NCBI GenBank assembly: GCA_001599295.1
Contig: BCGN01000005.1
Coordinates: 310,001 to 374,000 of the forward strand
Length of the DNA: 64,000 bases
Reading direction: 5' to 3'
Source: Sporopachydermia quercuum
Taxonomy: Eukaryota
Shown: piece after piece, positions 63,796 through 64,000 of the stretch
Layout of the letters: each line of letters begins with the position of its first letter
Position numbering within the stretch: the stretch's first letter is position 1
Notes under the pieces: generated by a model
The model's database searches: none
Told to the model about the DNA's origin: nothing
The model's input: the letters and a program-made list of their open reading frames with translations, nothing else
Translations under genes and position numbers: made by a program

Positions 63796-64000
63796 CTATG
63801 CAAGATGTGATTGGATTTGTTGATCAAGAATATTACATAAATCACTGATATAATCAAGTGATAATGCCTCCAAAACTTTTTCCAATAAAGGATCCTCTGA
63901 TTTTCCAATGATATTACTAAGCGTTGTTTCGTCTACCGATTCAGTAGTGATTAGCTTCCCATCTTCGAGAGTAGTATTCTCGAAAGTCAATGTTAGAGGA
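63796..64000 (-). CDS. 3' end of an unidentified protein-coding gene entering from beyond the window
   Basis: Frame is open to the window edge with protein-like composition (..TTLEDGKLITTESVDE..LLEKVLEALSLDYISDLCNILDQQIQSHLA*), followed by an AT-rich terminator-like region convergent with MRPL50. Confidence 0.6.
   Translation of the reverse strand, partial: PLTLTFENTTLEDGKLITTESVDETTLSNIIGKSEDPLLEKVLEALSLDYISDLCNILDQQIQSHLA

Overview
Eukaryotic DNA from an AT-rich budding-yeast-type fungus. It uses the standard code (CTG sits at a conserved Leu in Vps1). Short spliceosomal introns (GTAHGT/GTTAGT donor, CTAAC branch, YAG acceptor) and Moco and TSC2 genes point to a non-Saccharomycetaceae lineage (inference). 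About 23 protein-coding loci: RRN11 (partial), TAF10, a MoaA/MoaC (MOCS1/cnxABC/nit-7-like) locus, COA6, BUB3, PEX28/29, SNM1/RPR2, HST3, SNF1, OSH6/7, PAP1, VPS1, a TRP/Flc-like membrane protein, RKM4, STI1, FMP42, a Zn2Cys6 factor, a vanillyl-alcohol-oxidase-family flavoprotein, TSC2, DPS1, TYW3, MRPL50 and a partial unknown CDS. Seven loci needed intron-aware re-modelling of the ORF track. Four highlights follow. (1) One intron at the MoaA/MoaC junction has two donors 4 nt apart that switch between MoaA ending in Gly-Gly-stop and an in-frame MoaA-MoaC fusion; a second acceptor 54 nt away gives the same two outcomes. (2) A perfect Ppr1/UaY-type TTCGG-N6-CCGAA site lies upstream of that locus. 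(3) A Zn-cluster TF and a VAO-family oxidase face away from each other across a 7.2 kb gene-free, ambiguity-rich spacer. (4) TSC2 is conspicuously CCG/CGG-rich. No tRNA, rRNA, CRISPR array or intact transposon was recognised.
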